Origin: a virus
Taxonomy: Duplodnaviria; Caudoviricetes
Strand: one strand, 5' to 3'
DNA: 34,302 nucleotides
Virus record (IMG/VR): IMGVR_UViG_3300012347_000071
Coordinates: 1 to 34,302 of that record
This document shows positions 18,708-26,932 of this stretch, piece by piece. A program made the position numbers and the translations under genes. Every line of letters begins with the position of its first letter. Positions within the stretch are counted from its first letter, which is position 1. Below the pieces are notes generated by a model that worked only from the letters and a program-made list of their open reading frames with translations, ran no database searches and had not been told where the DNA came from.

Positions 18708-19301
18708 TTATTCGTACCATTCCAATTGCATGTGTGCTGCATGTGCTGTCCCGTTGACGTTGGTCAAGCGAAACAAGTAGTTTGTCAGTGGTTTAAGCAC
18801 GTATTCAAGTGAACCAGCAGAGCCTCCACCAGATTTTTTACCAGAACCACCAGGAATTATTTGTGCATCCAGTTGAGTTCCAAGAGATGTCACTGTTGGA
18901 CCGACAACCATTGCTATTTGGCTTGGATTGCTGTCAGCATAGTTACGGTTTCTGTTTACTGGTGTCAGTGTTGTGCCGCCAGTTGTACCTGTACCTTCGT
19001 AAATGTAAAACTCAGCATCACCAAGACACATTGCATCAACTGTAATGTGTGGAAACACACCAGATGGGCTTGCAAGCACAATGTCAATGCTTGTTGTAGC
19101 AGCCAATGGTGAGCTATCTGGGTAAATCTTGTACGCAAAGAATGCGCGACCATCGTGATTGCGTTGATGGTTCACATCAACCATGATGACAGGCGCATCA
19201 GCGCCAGCAACTACCTGAGTGCCAGCGTTATTCTTTTGAGTCAGCGCAACAAACTGCGCTTTCGTGTTGTCTGACTCGCGTTCAACTGTAATGACTGCCA
19301 T
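18708..19301 (-). CDS. Hypothetical, probable virion beta-sandwich protein
   Basis: 197-aa coupled ORF upstream of portal. Confidence 0.65.
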   Translation of the reverse strand: MAVITVERESDNTKAQFVALTQKNNAGTQVVAGADAPVIMVDVNHQRNHDGRAFFAYKIYPDSSPLAATTSIDIVLASPSGVFPHITVDAMCLGDAEFYIYEGTGTTGGTTLTPVNRNRNYADSNPSQIAMVVGPTVTSLGTQLDAQIIPGGSGKKSGGGSAGSLEYVLKPLTNYLFRLTNVNGTAHAAHMQLEWYE

Positions 19302-19765
19302 TACTCGTTCAAACCTTCAAATGGGTTCTTGCCTTTTGCGTCAGTGACAGGACCACCTGGCTCCCATGTGTCGCAAGTGCGTGATGATGTGCAAGGAATG
19401 TCCCATTCAGTGCAGTAGCCACCAGATTCATTGGTATCTACCCATGATTTATCAACTTCAGGTGGAGTCACCTGTGGATACTGCTTCATCCATGCGTCAA
19501 TCTGCAAAGTCTTGTGGTAGTAACCGCAGTTACCACACACCATCTCACGTGCAGCGTTCTCGCTCACGTTCCACTTCATAGATTTGTGAAGCCAAAACAT
19601 GACTTCAGGCATCTTTGGGTTGGCAGGTCCAAGATCGGCTTTAGCAATGCAAACCTTGTGGTTGCGAATGCTCATGCCCTTGTCTTTCAAGACTTCTGGA
19701 CAAGAATCCAAGGACTCTTCTTCAGACTCCATGCTGACATCAGCAAGTAAATTACGTTCAGGCAT
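19301..19765 (-). CDS. Cys-rich metal-binding protein
   Basis: CGNC...GYC..C..RTCDTWEPGGP. Confidence 0.7.
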   Translation of the reverse strand: MPERNLLADVSMESEEESLDSCPEVLKDKGMSIRNHKVCIAKADLGPANPKMPEVMFWLHKSMKWNVSENAAREMVCGNCGYYHKTLQIDAWMKQYPQVTPPEVDKSWVDTNESGGYCTEWDIPCTSSRTCDTWEPGGPVTDAKGKNPFEGLNE

Positions 19766-19923
19766 TACTTACCCTTCTTGAGTGCTTCAGCTTCGCTCAT
19801 TGCAATGGCAATAGCCTGCTTTTCATTGGTAACTTTGTCGCCACTTGACGACTTCAGCTTGCCAGACTTGTACTCACGCATGACTTTGGCAACCTTGGCC
19901 TGCATCTTTGCTTTGTTGTCCAT
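19765..19923 (-). CDS. DUF6496-like small basic protein (52 aa)
   Basis: MDNKAKMQAKVAKVMREYKSGKLKSSSGDKVTNEKQAIAIAMSEA; TAATG coupling both sides; below ORF-track cutoff. Confidence 0.8.
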   Translation of the reverse strand: MDNKAKMQAKVAKVMREYKSGKLKSSSGDKVTNEKQAIAIAMSEAEALKKGK

Positions 19924-20576
19924 TATTCTGCTGCTCCTGCTGTTGCGCCAGACAATAACGACCTAGCGCTTCGCTTGGTTGCAGCAGTCATCTTTCCAGA
20001 TTTACGCTCACCAACTTCACGCTTAAATGTTTCTTCAGCAATTTTCCTTTTTTCTTCAAACTGGCTTGCATTAAAGTCAGCAATCGAAGGCATTTGAGGA
20101 ACTTCTGGTGGCGCAGATGGTGCTGTTGCGTCAAACGTACCTGGGTCTGTTACTTTGTAAAGTTTTCCACCTTCATAGGTGTAACCTTCTGGAATATTGT
20201 TTGCGTTATAAGATTGACCACCAATCAAAATGCTAGTTCCACCCCTAGTTCTACTGGTGATGTACTCACTTGTAGGAACTTCTGTCGTTGGATTTTCAAT
20301 TGCTTGAGCAAGTCGATTTTGATACGCAGACAAACTACTTCTGTATGAGGCAAGATCAGTCTCGTACTTTGAAAAATCTGTTTTGTATTTTTCAGTAGAT
20401 TTTTCGTATGGAGCCATCGTTGCAGCTACTTGCTTTTTGTAATCTCCATAAGACGACTCATACTGACCAGCAATGTCATTCATCTGTTGTTGAAATTGCT
20501 TGAACAGATTTTCAATATCAGATGTTTTGCGACGTTGAGCGCGTCTTTGTTGGAACTGAGTAAGTACGGTAGCCAT
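19923..20576 (-). CDS. Hypothetical coiled-coil protein
   Basis: 217-aa coupled ORF; C-terminal RSLLS shared with neighbour. Confidence 0.7.
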   Translation of the reverse strand: MATVLTQFQQRRAQRRKTSDIENLFKQFQQQMNDIAGQYESSYGDYKKQVAATMAPYEKSTEKYKTDFSKYETDLASYRSSLSAYQNRLAQAIENPTTEVPTSEYITSRTRGGTSILIGGQSYNANNIPEGYTYEGGKLYKVTDPGTFDATAPSAPPEVPQMPSIADFNASQFEEKRKIAEETFKREVGERKSGKMTAATKRSARSLLSGATAGAAE

Positions 20577-21022
20577 TACTGCACCGTCATTCCAGCGCCA
20601 AGAGTTGTCTTAATGCCAAGTTCAGCATCAGCGCGTTCAGCAGATAGCAATGATCGACGACCACCACGGGTACGGGCTTTCAAAGCAGACGCTTCAGAAG
20701 CAGCAGCCTTGCGACGCTCTTCATCAGCAGCAGCTTGAACTTCAGCAGCTTTCTTTTCCATTGCAGATTTGTTTTCTGCATACTGGAGTTGAGATGCTTC
20801 AAACTGTTTACGAGATGTCAACGCTTGAGATTCAAGAGAAGCACCTTGCTTTGCATACTCAGCAGTTTGCGCTGCAAGTTCTTGGCGCATTTTTGCTGCA
20901 TCAGCGGCTTGCTGTGCAAGTGCTGTACGCTGCTGCTCTTCAGCAGACTGTCGTGATTTTTTTGCTTGTTGTGCTTGATATGCACTACCCGTCAAAATTG
21001 CTGCTGCAATCCAAAATGGCAT
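20576..21022 (-). CDS. Ala/Gln-rich coiled-coil protein, probable virion protein (T7 gp7.3-like position)
   Basis: Hydrophobic N-terminus, RGGRRSLLS near the C-terminus. Confidence 0.65.
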   Translation of the reverse strand: MPFWIAAAILTGSAYQAQQAKKSRQSAEEQQRTALAQQAADAAKMRQELAAQTAEYAKQGASLESQALTSRKQFEASQLQYAENKSAMEKKAAEVQAAADEERRKAAASEASALKARTRGGRRSLLSAERADAELGIKTTLGAGMTVQ

Positions 21023-21023
21023 A

Positions 21024-21338
21024 TTAACCTCCGATTAAAACTTCATCAACTTTGTCGGGGTCTGTCTCATCAGTTGCATGAATACAAAACCAGACGCTAT
21101 CTTCTATTGCAACGATGCGATGTTTTTGACCTGCCTTGATAGTGATGCAAGCTGGAGCGTTGTACTCAGTAGCGTCACCATCAATGTCAACCATCACCTT
21201 GCCACTGGACAGAATGCTCAAGTGGTCATAGTCATGTGAATGCTTTACAGCATAGTGGTTGGCAGGAAGCACCATCTGCTTGGCGTACACGCCGCCAGCA
21301 AAATGATGCACAACACATAAATCAATTTCAATAGACAT
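21024..21338 (-). CDS. Cupin-fold protein
   Basis: HHFAGGVYAK..HSHDYDHLSILSSG..HRI..WFCIH. Confidence 0.8.
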   Translation of the reverse strand: MSIEIDLCVVHHFAGGVYAKQMVLPANHYAVKHSHDYDHLSILSSGKVMVDIDGDATEYNAPACITIKAGQKHRIVAIEDSVWFCIHATDETDPDKVDEVLIGG

Positions 21339-21377
21339 GCGCTGATTTTATGCCTTATTCAGAGGAAAGCAAGTGCA

Positions 21378-21398
21378 ATGCTTTCACAGTGATAGCTT
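21378..21398. promoter_or_regulatory. 21-bp palindromic operator, copy 1
   Basis: ATGCTTTCACAGTGATAGCTT, just upstream of minus-strand TTGCTT-N16-TAAAAT. Confidence 0.7.
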
Positions 21399-22950
21399 AA
21401 CCAAAGATGTCGAAGTCTGTGCTTGCTGTTGTCTGAACAGGCGCTCTGCCGCCAAGCTGAACTGATCGGGTCATACGGTTGTATTCGCCTCCACCTAGCA
21501 TCAGGTAGCCAAAGCTATCACCAATGTGTGAGTGTTCGTTCTTGTTTGGCGCATCTCGGAACCGTTCATGGCCTGCGCCGACAGCAACTCGCTTGAAGTG
21601 ATAGCCACCAGACAGGGCTTTACGCAAAAGTTTGCACTCTGTGTTGACAATCAGGCCAGGCTTGCCGTTGATTAGGCGCTGCATTGGAGCAGCCGACGCT
21701 TCACGACGCACCTTGAAGTCGTTTGACGCAGTTGGTTGCGCTTTCAGACCCAAGGTTCGCAGAAAGTCAAAGGCTGTCACCTCATAAATGGCATCACGGG
21801 CCATACCAGCAGGGTCACCCCAGATCATTACTTGGTGATTTGGGTATCTGGCATTGAGTTCACCAAGCAGTTGGTGTCCAAAACGCTCAAGGCCCATGTC
21901 AAAAGTGACGATTTCTTGGTGGACAACCCATCTTCCATTTGGCAAACGCTGTCCAATGGTGGCAGCAGGGGTCAAACCGAAGTCAAGACCTACCTGAATT
22001 GGCACAGAAGGGTCAACTTCAGTTGGGCCAGACATGCTTCCATCTTCAAACTCAGGCCAAACAGGGCGACCTTCCTGCACATAGACGTATTCGCCACCTG
22101 CATAACAGCGAATCCAATCCAATGACTTGCCAAGCAGCATCTGTTGGTAGTAGCCAGAAGGTAGGTTGTTGACGTTCTCTGCCTTTGGGTTGAGCTTCCA
22201 CCACTTGCCAGCGCTGAAGATGTGGTCATTGGCTTCAGGCATATCTGGCAGGTCTTCAGGGTCAACTGGCACAACGCCACCTGGCTGACTCCAGAATTTC
22301 CAAGCGTACTTGCCTGACATCTTCTCTTTCTCAGCCATCTTGTGCCACCAATGGTCGTCATCCATCGGGTTGGTGTCCATCAAAATGCCGTGCCAAGTAG
22401 CGCCACCATCACGTTTTGTTGGGTAGCGACCAACACGGTGAGTCAAACCGTCAATCACAGCCTTTGGCAACTCACGCGCTTCGTTCACCCAAGCCCCTGT
22501 CAGCTCCAAAGACAGCAACTTGCGAACGTCTTTAGGTTGGTCAAGGGCCAAGAAGATGACTTCCAAGTCAATGCCAGCAGCTTCGCCACGGGCAGGCAGT
22601 CGGATGTGGTGGGTAATCGGTGGAGTCCACAGCATCGGGCCAAACGTGGACTCAGGGAACAGGTCGAGCCAAGTTTTGATGGTCGTGGTCTTCAGCATGG
22701 GGTAGCTGTTACGCACGATGGCCCATCGGCTGTATCGGATGTTGTCGATTGGAGAAGGCTTCTGTTGGACAGCCTTAATAAAAATCTTGCCACAGCAACC
22801 GTATGACTTGCCAGACCCTACTGGACCCATGATGCCCTGCACAAAAGCATTGCTCTGGATGAAGTCGTAGATGACAGGGGATTTGCTGAAGTCTAGGTTC
22901 AGACCTTCAACTGGCACTTCTTTGGAACTGCGCTCTTTGGTCTTGCTCAT
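21397..22950 (-). CDS. terL: Terminase large subunit
   Basis: Walker A GPVGSGKS, Walker B AWVNEARE, DTNP, nuclease GLDFG..DPAG..HIGD. Confidence 0.95.
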   Translation of the reverse strand: MSKTKERSSKEVPVEGLNLDFSKSPVIYDFIQSNAFVQGIMGPVGSGKSYGCCGKIFIKAVQQKPSPIDNIRYSRWAIVRNSYPMLKTTTIKTWLDLFPESTFGPMLWTPPITHHIRLPARGEAAGIDLEVIFLALDQPKDVRKLLSLELTGAWVNEARELPKAVIDGLTHRVGRYPTKRDGGATWHGILMDTNPMDDDHWWHKMAEKEKMSGKYAWKFWSQPGGVVPVDPEDLPDMPEANDHIFSAGKWWKLNPKAENVNNLPSGYYQQMLLGKSLDWIRCYAGGEYVYVQEGRPVWPEFEDGSMSGPTEVDPSVPIQVGLDFGLTPAATIGQRLPNGRWVVHQEIVTFDMGLERFGHQLLGELNARYPNHQVMIWGDPAGMARDAIYEVTAFDFLRTLGLKAQPTASNDFKVRREASAAPMQRLINGKPGLIVNTECKLLRKALSGGYHFKRVAVGAGHERFRDAPNKNEHSHIGDSFGYLMLGGGEYNRMTRSVQLGGRAPVQTTASTDFDIFG

Positions 22951-23258
22951 GCTTTTCCTCTTGCTCGGATTGTGTTTTCTGCTTCTTCAAAGCACATGAC
23001 GGCATCTTCATCGCCAACTACCAATGCTTCATCTGCTAATCTGCCGCACACCTTTGCACACGCATCACGCTCTTGCTCAACAGCGTACTTGGTGCGTCTT
23101 GCAACCCATTCAGCATCAACGCCATCAGGAAGGGCTTTAGCTGCTACCAGTTTGGAAAATGCAATCAATGATGCAATCTCTGGCCCTTCATCATCAATCC
23201 AAATGCACTGGCACAACTCTGCTTGATTAGCCATCTCAATGATTTCATCTTGTGTCAT
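22947..23258 (-). CDS. Hypothetical protein between terS and terL
   Basis: ERDACAKVC..IRARG pattern; coupled on both sides. Confidence 0.7.
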   Translation of the reverse strand: MTQDEIIEMANQAELCQCIWIDDEGPEIASLIAFSKLVAAKALPDGVDAEWVARRTKYAVEQERDACAKVCGRLADEALVVGDEDAVMCFEEAENTIRARGKA

Positions 23259-23692
23259 TCGATATCCTGAATATCAGGTGCTTTGACGTTGATGCCAATC
23301 ACCGATGGTTTGTCGCTTTGGTCTTCAGGGTTGTCCAGCAAGCCAGAAGCTTTGGCAAGAATACGAAGCACTTGAACCTTATCGTACAGTTCAAGCTCAA
23401 TGGTGGCATTGCCATCTTTGTCGATACGCTGGCTAATCTTTTTGATGGATTGCAGTGCGTGTTCAGGGATTTTGTTGCTTGGCTTGACCTTCACATTGCC
23501 AAACTCATCCCATTCAAAGATGTCTGTAATCTTGGTGTTAGCCATCGCAAGCAGGCTGTACGCAACAGCTTCTCGGTTGGCAACAATAGTCTGTGAGCGC
23601 TCAATACGCTGCACAACATTACGGACACCACCCCATCCGCGAACAGAGGGGTAGCTACCGTTTGTCTTTTTCTCAATCTTTTCTTCAGCCAT
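23255..23692 (-). CDS. terS: Terminase small subunit (putative)
   Basis: ANTKITDIFEW..IELELYDKVQVLRILAK; position upstream of terL. Confidence 0.75.
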   Translation of the reverse strand: MAEEKIEKKTNGSYPSVRGWGGVRNVVQRIERSQTIVANREAVAYSLLAMANTKITDIFEWDEFGNVKVKPSNKIPEHALQSIKKISQRIDKDGNATIELELYDKVQVLRILAKASGLLDNPEDQSDKPSVIGINVKAPDIQDIE

Positions 23693-23699
23693 AGTGGGT

Positions 23700-23770
23700 C
23701 AGGGTACTCGCTTTAGCGTGACAGGTAGGGCGAACCATCTTTACAAGTCAAGGGCCATCGCTTTCCCCTG
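23700..23770 (-). ncRNA. Small structured RNA element upstream of terS
   Basis: CAGGG-GAAA-GCG...GCG-AGTA-CCCTG closing stem with GAA/AGUA loop-E-type internal loop. Confidence 0.45.
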
Positions 23771-23774
23771 TTAA

Positions 23775-24089
23775 TCAAATTTCTAAGCAATCCAACATTG
23801 CATGGACATCTGAACTTGAACTTCTCACAAGCTGCGTAAGAGATTCAACATGACCAACCATTGGTGAGCCACCATTGCGGCACTCTGGAATAGCATTTCC
23901 AGTTGCTGGCATTGGTCGCATTGCTGGACTAAGACGTTGATTTAAATGCTGCAAGCCTTCACGAAGGTAATGCAATTCTTTTTCAAGCTGGTCAAGAGCA
24001 ATACCAATAGGAGGCACTTGTCTATTTACTTTTGGTTCTTCGGCATAACCAGCAGTTACGCCAACACGGTCAAAGTTTGGTGGATACAT
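23775..24089 (-). CDS. Hypothetical coiled-coil protein
   Basis: 104-aa ORF ending LDCLEI. Confidence 0.7.
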   Translation of the reverse strand: MYPPNFDRVGVTAGYAEEPKVNRQVPPIGIALDQLEKELHYLREGLQHLNQRLSPAMRPMPATGNAIPECRNGGSPMVGHVESLTQLVRSSSSDVHAMLDCLEI

Positions 24090-24099
24090 AACTCAGTAC

Positions 24100-24399
24100 T
24101 CAGAAAGGGATGTCATCATCCATGTTGTCAAACTTGCCTGGAGCGGAAGCTTGACGAACTGGTTGCTTGTACTGTTTGGCAGGTTGAGCAGGTTGTTGAT
24201 AAGCAGGAGCAGCACCCTTGGTTTTACCAAGCTTCAGCTTGAAGTAGGGCATACCAGACTTCTTGGACACATTGGACCAAGCACTGAGATAGAACTCTAC
24301 GCCATCAGCATCCACCCATGTGCCTGTGTAGTCAGCATGAGTATCAGACTCTTTACGTGTGTTGGGCATCAGAAAGCCCGTATTGACTTGCACTTCCAT
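24100..24399 (-). CDS. SSB-like single-stranded DNA binding protein
   Basis: ADYTG..YLSAW OB-type core, acidic DDDIPF tail; AAGGAG SD. Confidence 0.8.
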   Translation of the reverse strand: MEVQVNTGFLMPNTRKESDTHADYTGTWVDADGVEFYLSAWSNVSKKSGMPYFKLKLGKTKGAAPAYQQPAQPAKQYKQPVRQASAPGKFDNMDDDIPF

Positions 24400-24572
24400 T
24401 CGTTTCTCCTTTAGTGAAGTGGTTACAACACAACTGAACCCTCACGTACTGTAGCCCGAAGACTCGCAAAGATTCAGATGTGTTGATACTGGTTACTTGT
24501 CCTGTGCGTCACCTCTATGCTGTGTGCATAGCGACTTTCCTTTGTCAGCTTTTACCAGAACCAACAAAATCA

Positions 24573-24593
24573 ATGCTATCACAGTGGTAGCGT
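24573..24593. promoter_or_regulatory. 21-bp palindromic operator, copy 2
   Basis: ATGCTATCACAGTGGTAGCGT, overlapping minus-strand TTGTTC-N17-TAGCAT. Confidence 0.7.
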
Positions 24594-24645
24594 TAGAACA
24601 AATAAATCTCTTGTTTGTCAGTAAGAACTGTGGCATAGTTGAGAC

Positions 24646-24831
24646 ATGGGGCCATCACTCAGCCCTTCAGACGGTAGGCAGCTAACCAACTGAGATAAAC
24701 GTACTGAATCCATTGGTACTTCTAGTAGGCAACGAACGGGGACATACAGGTGGAGCTAACAACTAGACACTGTTAGTCAAGTTAGATAAACAAGGTGCTG
24801 CATCCACTTGTGGATACTCTCACTTTTTTTT
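24646..24831 (+). ncRNA. Candidate plus-strand small RNA (~185 nt)
   Basis: Promoter TTGTTT-N17-CATAGT with TG extension (24611-24639); ends in ATCCAC-TT-GTGGAT hairpin plus T8. Confidence 0.45.
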
Positions 24832-24899
24832 AGTGAGTGCCATAGTTCGTCTAGATACATCGTCTAGTCAATCGAACAACCAAGCTAACTCTTGTTGTT

Positions 24900-25109
24900 C
24901 AGCAGCAGAAATTCCCTTTCCACAAAAAATCCTAGGAAAAATTCAGAGGTATACCCCTACGTGACGACGACGGGTGGGGGGGCAAGGGGTGCCTTCGCTA
25001 GTACGCGCCAGCACGACACGCCAGCGCGATACCGTGCGCGTCAACGTGCGCGTATAGGGTGAACGACAGACACAGTAGACACGACGGGTGTTATGTAAAG
25101 TAGGAATGA
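24900..25109. other. Putative replication origin and/or genome terminus/packaging region
   Basis: Non-coding, A-tracts, G-tract GGGTGGGGGGGCAAGGGG, short direct repeats, immediately 3' of the Rep-like gene. Confidence 0.45.
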
Positions 25110-25772
25110 TTACGATAGCATTACTTGCAGCTGCAGCTTAACCTCATCGATGGATGCACCTGGTCCTGCACGATCCACAGCGATTGCCAGCATGTCAGCG
25201 CCTACCGATCGGGCCAGCTGCTGCATCACAGCCTCATTGTCAGAATCTATCACTATAGTCCCATCAATAGCTATTTGCTCTAGATTACCTGCATCTACTG
25301 TTGCAATTGTTTTCTTTTTACGGGCCATTACATCATCTCCAGTATTGAATGAGTTTAGATTATCTCTGTTCTGCTGTCTGACCAGGTAGGGTGCTGCCTC
25401 GCCACTGACAGCTGCTGCCTCATCTGCTGTGATCTGGTCTGCAAATATCACCTGCCTGGTATGCGCCCGCTGGCCTGGGTAACCCTTGCAGACAATTCTG
25501 ATGTAACCCTTGCGTTCTAGGCTTTTAAGGTGTCTGCTTATGTTGCTGGCTTCGCGCTGCAGGGTCTGCGCTATCTTCTCTGCGCCTACCCAGGCCACGC
25601 CGCCCCTGTTGCAATAGCTGCACAGGACCAGCAGAACCCTTAATTGCATAGGTGTCAGCCTGTAGTCTGCTGCTGCTCTGAATGGTAGGACAATAAATTT
25701 GCGCTGATCTGGCAGTGGCTCTGCTAGTCTGATCCTGGGTTTTTTTGGCAGCTGTATCGGTTCTGTCTTCAT
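25110..25772 (-). CDS. HTH-domain replication initiator-like protein
   Basis: LTPMQLRVLLVLCSY..AWVGAEKIAQTL..ISRHLKSLERKGYI winged-HTH (HTH_36-like); start at ATG 25772 or GTG 25787. Confidence 0.7.
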   Translation of the reverse strand: MKTEPIQLPKKPRIRLAEPLPDQRKFIVLPFRAAADYRLTPMQLRVLLVLCSYCNRGGVAWVGAEKIAQTLQREASNISRHLKSLERKGYIRIVCKGYPGQRAHTRQVIFADQITADEAAAVSGEAAPYLVRQQNRDNLNSFNTGDDVMARKKKTIATVDAGNLEQIAIDGTIVIDSDNEAVMQQLARSVGADMLAIAVDRAGPGASIDEVKLQLQVMLS

Positions 25773-25779
25773 TCCTGCA

Positions 25780-25788
25780 TTATCCACA
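25780..25788 (+). promoter_or_regulatory. Perfect DnaA box
   Basis: TTATCCACA, overlapping the putative -10 of the Rep-like gene. Confidence 0.5.
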
Positions 25789-25794
25789 GGACGT

Positions 25795-25820
25795 AAAAAA
25801 ACCCTGCACTGTGGCAGGGT
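25795..25820 (-). terminator. Intrinsic terminator of early operon
   Basis: ACCCTGC-CACAGT-GCAGGGT followed by T6. Confidence 0.85.
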
Positions 25821-25825
25821 CTGGC

Positions 25826-26029
25826 TTAAGCTACCTGGCGCGCTAGTCTGCGCCTGTCTCTGATGGTTCTAACAGCTCTACTGATCGTGGTCTGATTGCA
25901 TCCGATCAGCTCTGCTGCTGCTGTCTGCGTTAACCCGTCCACCAGGACCAGTGCAGCGCCCTTGCTGGCCTGGCTGTCTGATTTGATCCTGGTTAACTGT
26001 AACAGTGTCTTGTATTCGTGCAGTGTCAT
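25826..26029 (-). CDS. TrfB/KorA-like HTH transcription regulator (67 aa)
   Basis: AAGGG SD; ALVLVDGLTQTAAAELIGCNQTTISRAV resembles the KorA HTH (GVLVDG..Q..VSQAV). Confidence 0.7.
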   Translation of the reverse strand: MTLHEYKTLLQLTRIKSDSQASKGAALVLVDGLTQTAAAELIGCNQTTISRAVRTIRDRRRLARQVA

Positions 26030-26039
26030 TGTGTTCCCT

Positions 26040-26285
26040 TTAAATTGTGCAACAGCCACAGCAGGGCGCATCGATGCACCTGCCTTGTTTATTTCGAATG
26101 AATGCCTGGGTTCCGATCTGGATCAGATAAGACCCGTCGCTGTCTGGTCTGATATCAAAATCACCTGGTTCTGCCAGCCAGGTTTTTCTGGTGGCTGTAT
26201 CGAACTGCACCTCATCACCTGGATTTATCTCTGCGCCACTGACAGCGCAGCGCCCACGATATCTTGCTGTAATGGTTTTGATCAT
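26040..26285 (-). CDS. Small protein with C-terminal RCIDAPCCGCC motif
   Basis: 81 aa, coupled to upstream stop. Confidence 0.75.
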   Translation of the reverse strand: MIKTITARYRGRCAVSGAEINPGDEVQFDTATRKTWLAEPGDFDIRPDSDGSYLIQIGTQAFIRNKQGRCIDAPCCGCCTI

Positions 26286-26932
26286 GCTGCCACCTGCTTA
26301 AGCATAATTACCTTATTCATTTTGCTCCCGTGGGCAGGGTATGCAATAACTTTCACTTTTTTGTCATAGCATGCACGACAGCCACTGCAGCGCCCGTCGT
26401 TCTCATAAGCCCTGCACAGCGTCATTCCACGTTTAACCTGGTCTGCTGTGGGTATGATCACGCTACCATGCAGGCCCTTAATGTATTCGCCCTGTACGCT
26501 GTCGCTGCTAAACCGAACGCATACATTCGGCAGCGCCTGCATGTCTGCCAGGACCTGGCGAAACTTAGGAAACTTATGCATGCGCGTGGGTAACCAGTGC
26601 TTAACCCATGGCGTGCGCTGCATCACCTCCAGAATTTTCTCCGCCAGTGCCAGGGTATACATGTCTCCAGAATCGAACCATCGCCAGTGGCTGTCTTTTT
26701 TCATCTCTGCCACCATATCGTCAGACCAGCTGATGCGCTGCCAGTCCTGTTTATTGTGGGCGCGTGGTGCTTTCACGTTCGGATAATTGTAGTTACCCGT
26801 AGTGGCATAGCAGCCCTTGCAGGCATCCACCAGAACACCAGGCGCAGAGATGCTGCCAGGACATGTCTCCAGGGCCTGTAATGACCAGCTGCGAATATTG
26901 TCTAGTTTGGATGTAATGCTGATTTTGATCAT
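26282..26932 (-). CDS. GP88-family protein (Cys-rich, radical-SAM-like)
   Basis: CPGS..CKGCYA, RWFDSGD, HWLPTR, C..CSGCRACY, YPAH; AAGGGG SD before ATG 26932. Confidence 0.8.
   Translation of the reverse strand: MIKISITSKLDNIRSWSLQALETCPGSISAPGVLVDACKGCYATTGNYNYPNVKAPRAHNKQDWQRISWSDDMVAEMKKDSHWRWFDSGDMYTLALAEKILEVMQRTPWVKHWLPTRMHKFPKFRQVLADMQALPNVCVRFSSDSVQGEYIKGLHGSVIIPTADQVKRGMTLCRAYENDGRCSGCRACYDKKVKVIAYPAHGSKMNKVIMLKQVAA

Noticed and set aside
24489-24558. Hammerhead ribozyme (CTGA..GAAA nearby)
   Set aside because: Core is CTGACAA rather than CUGANGA and stem II is missing
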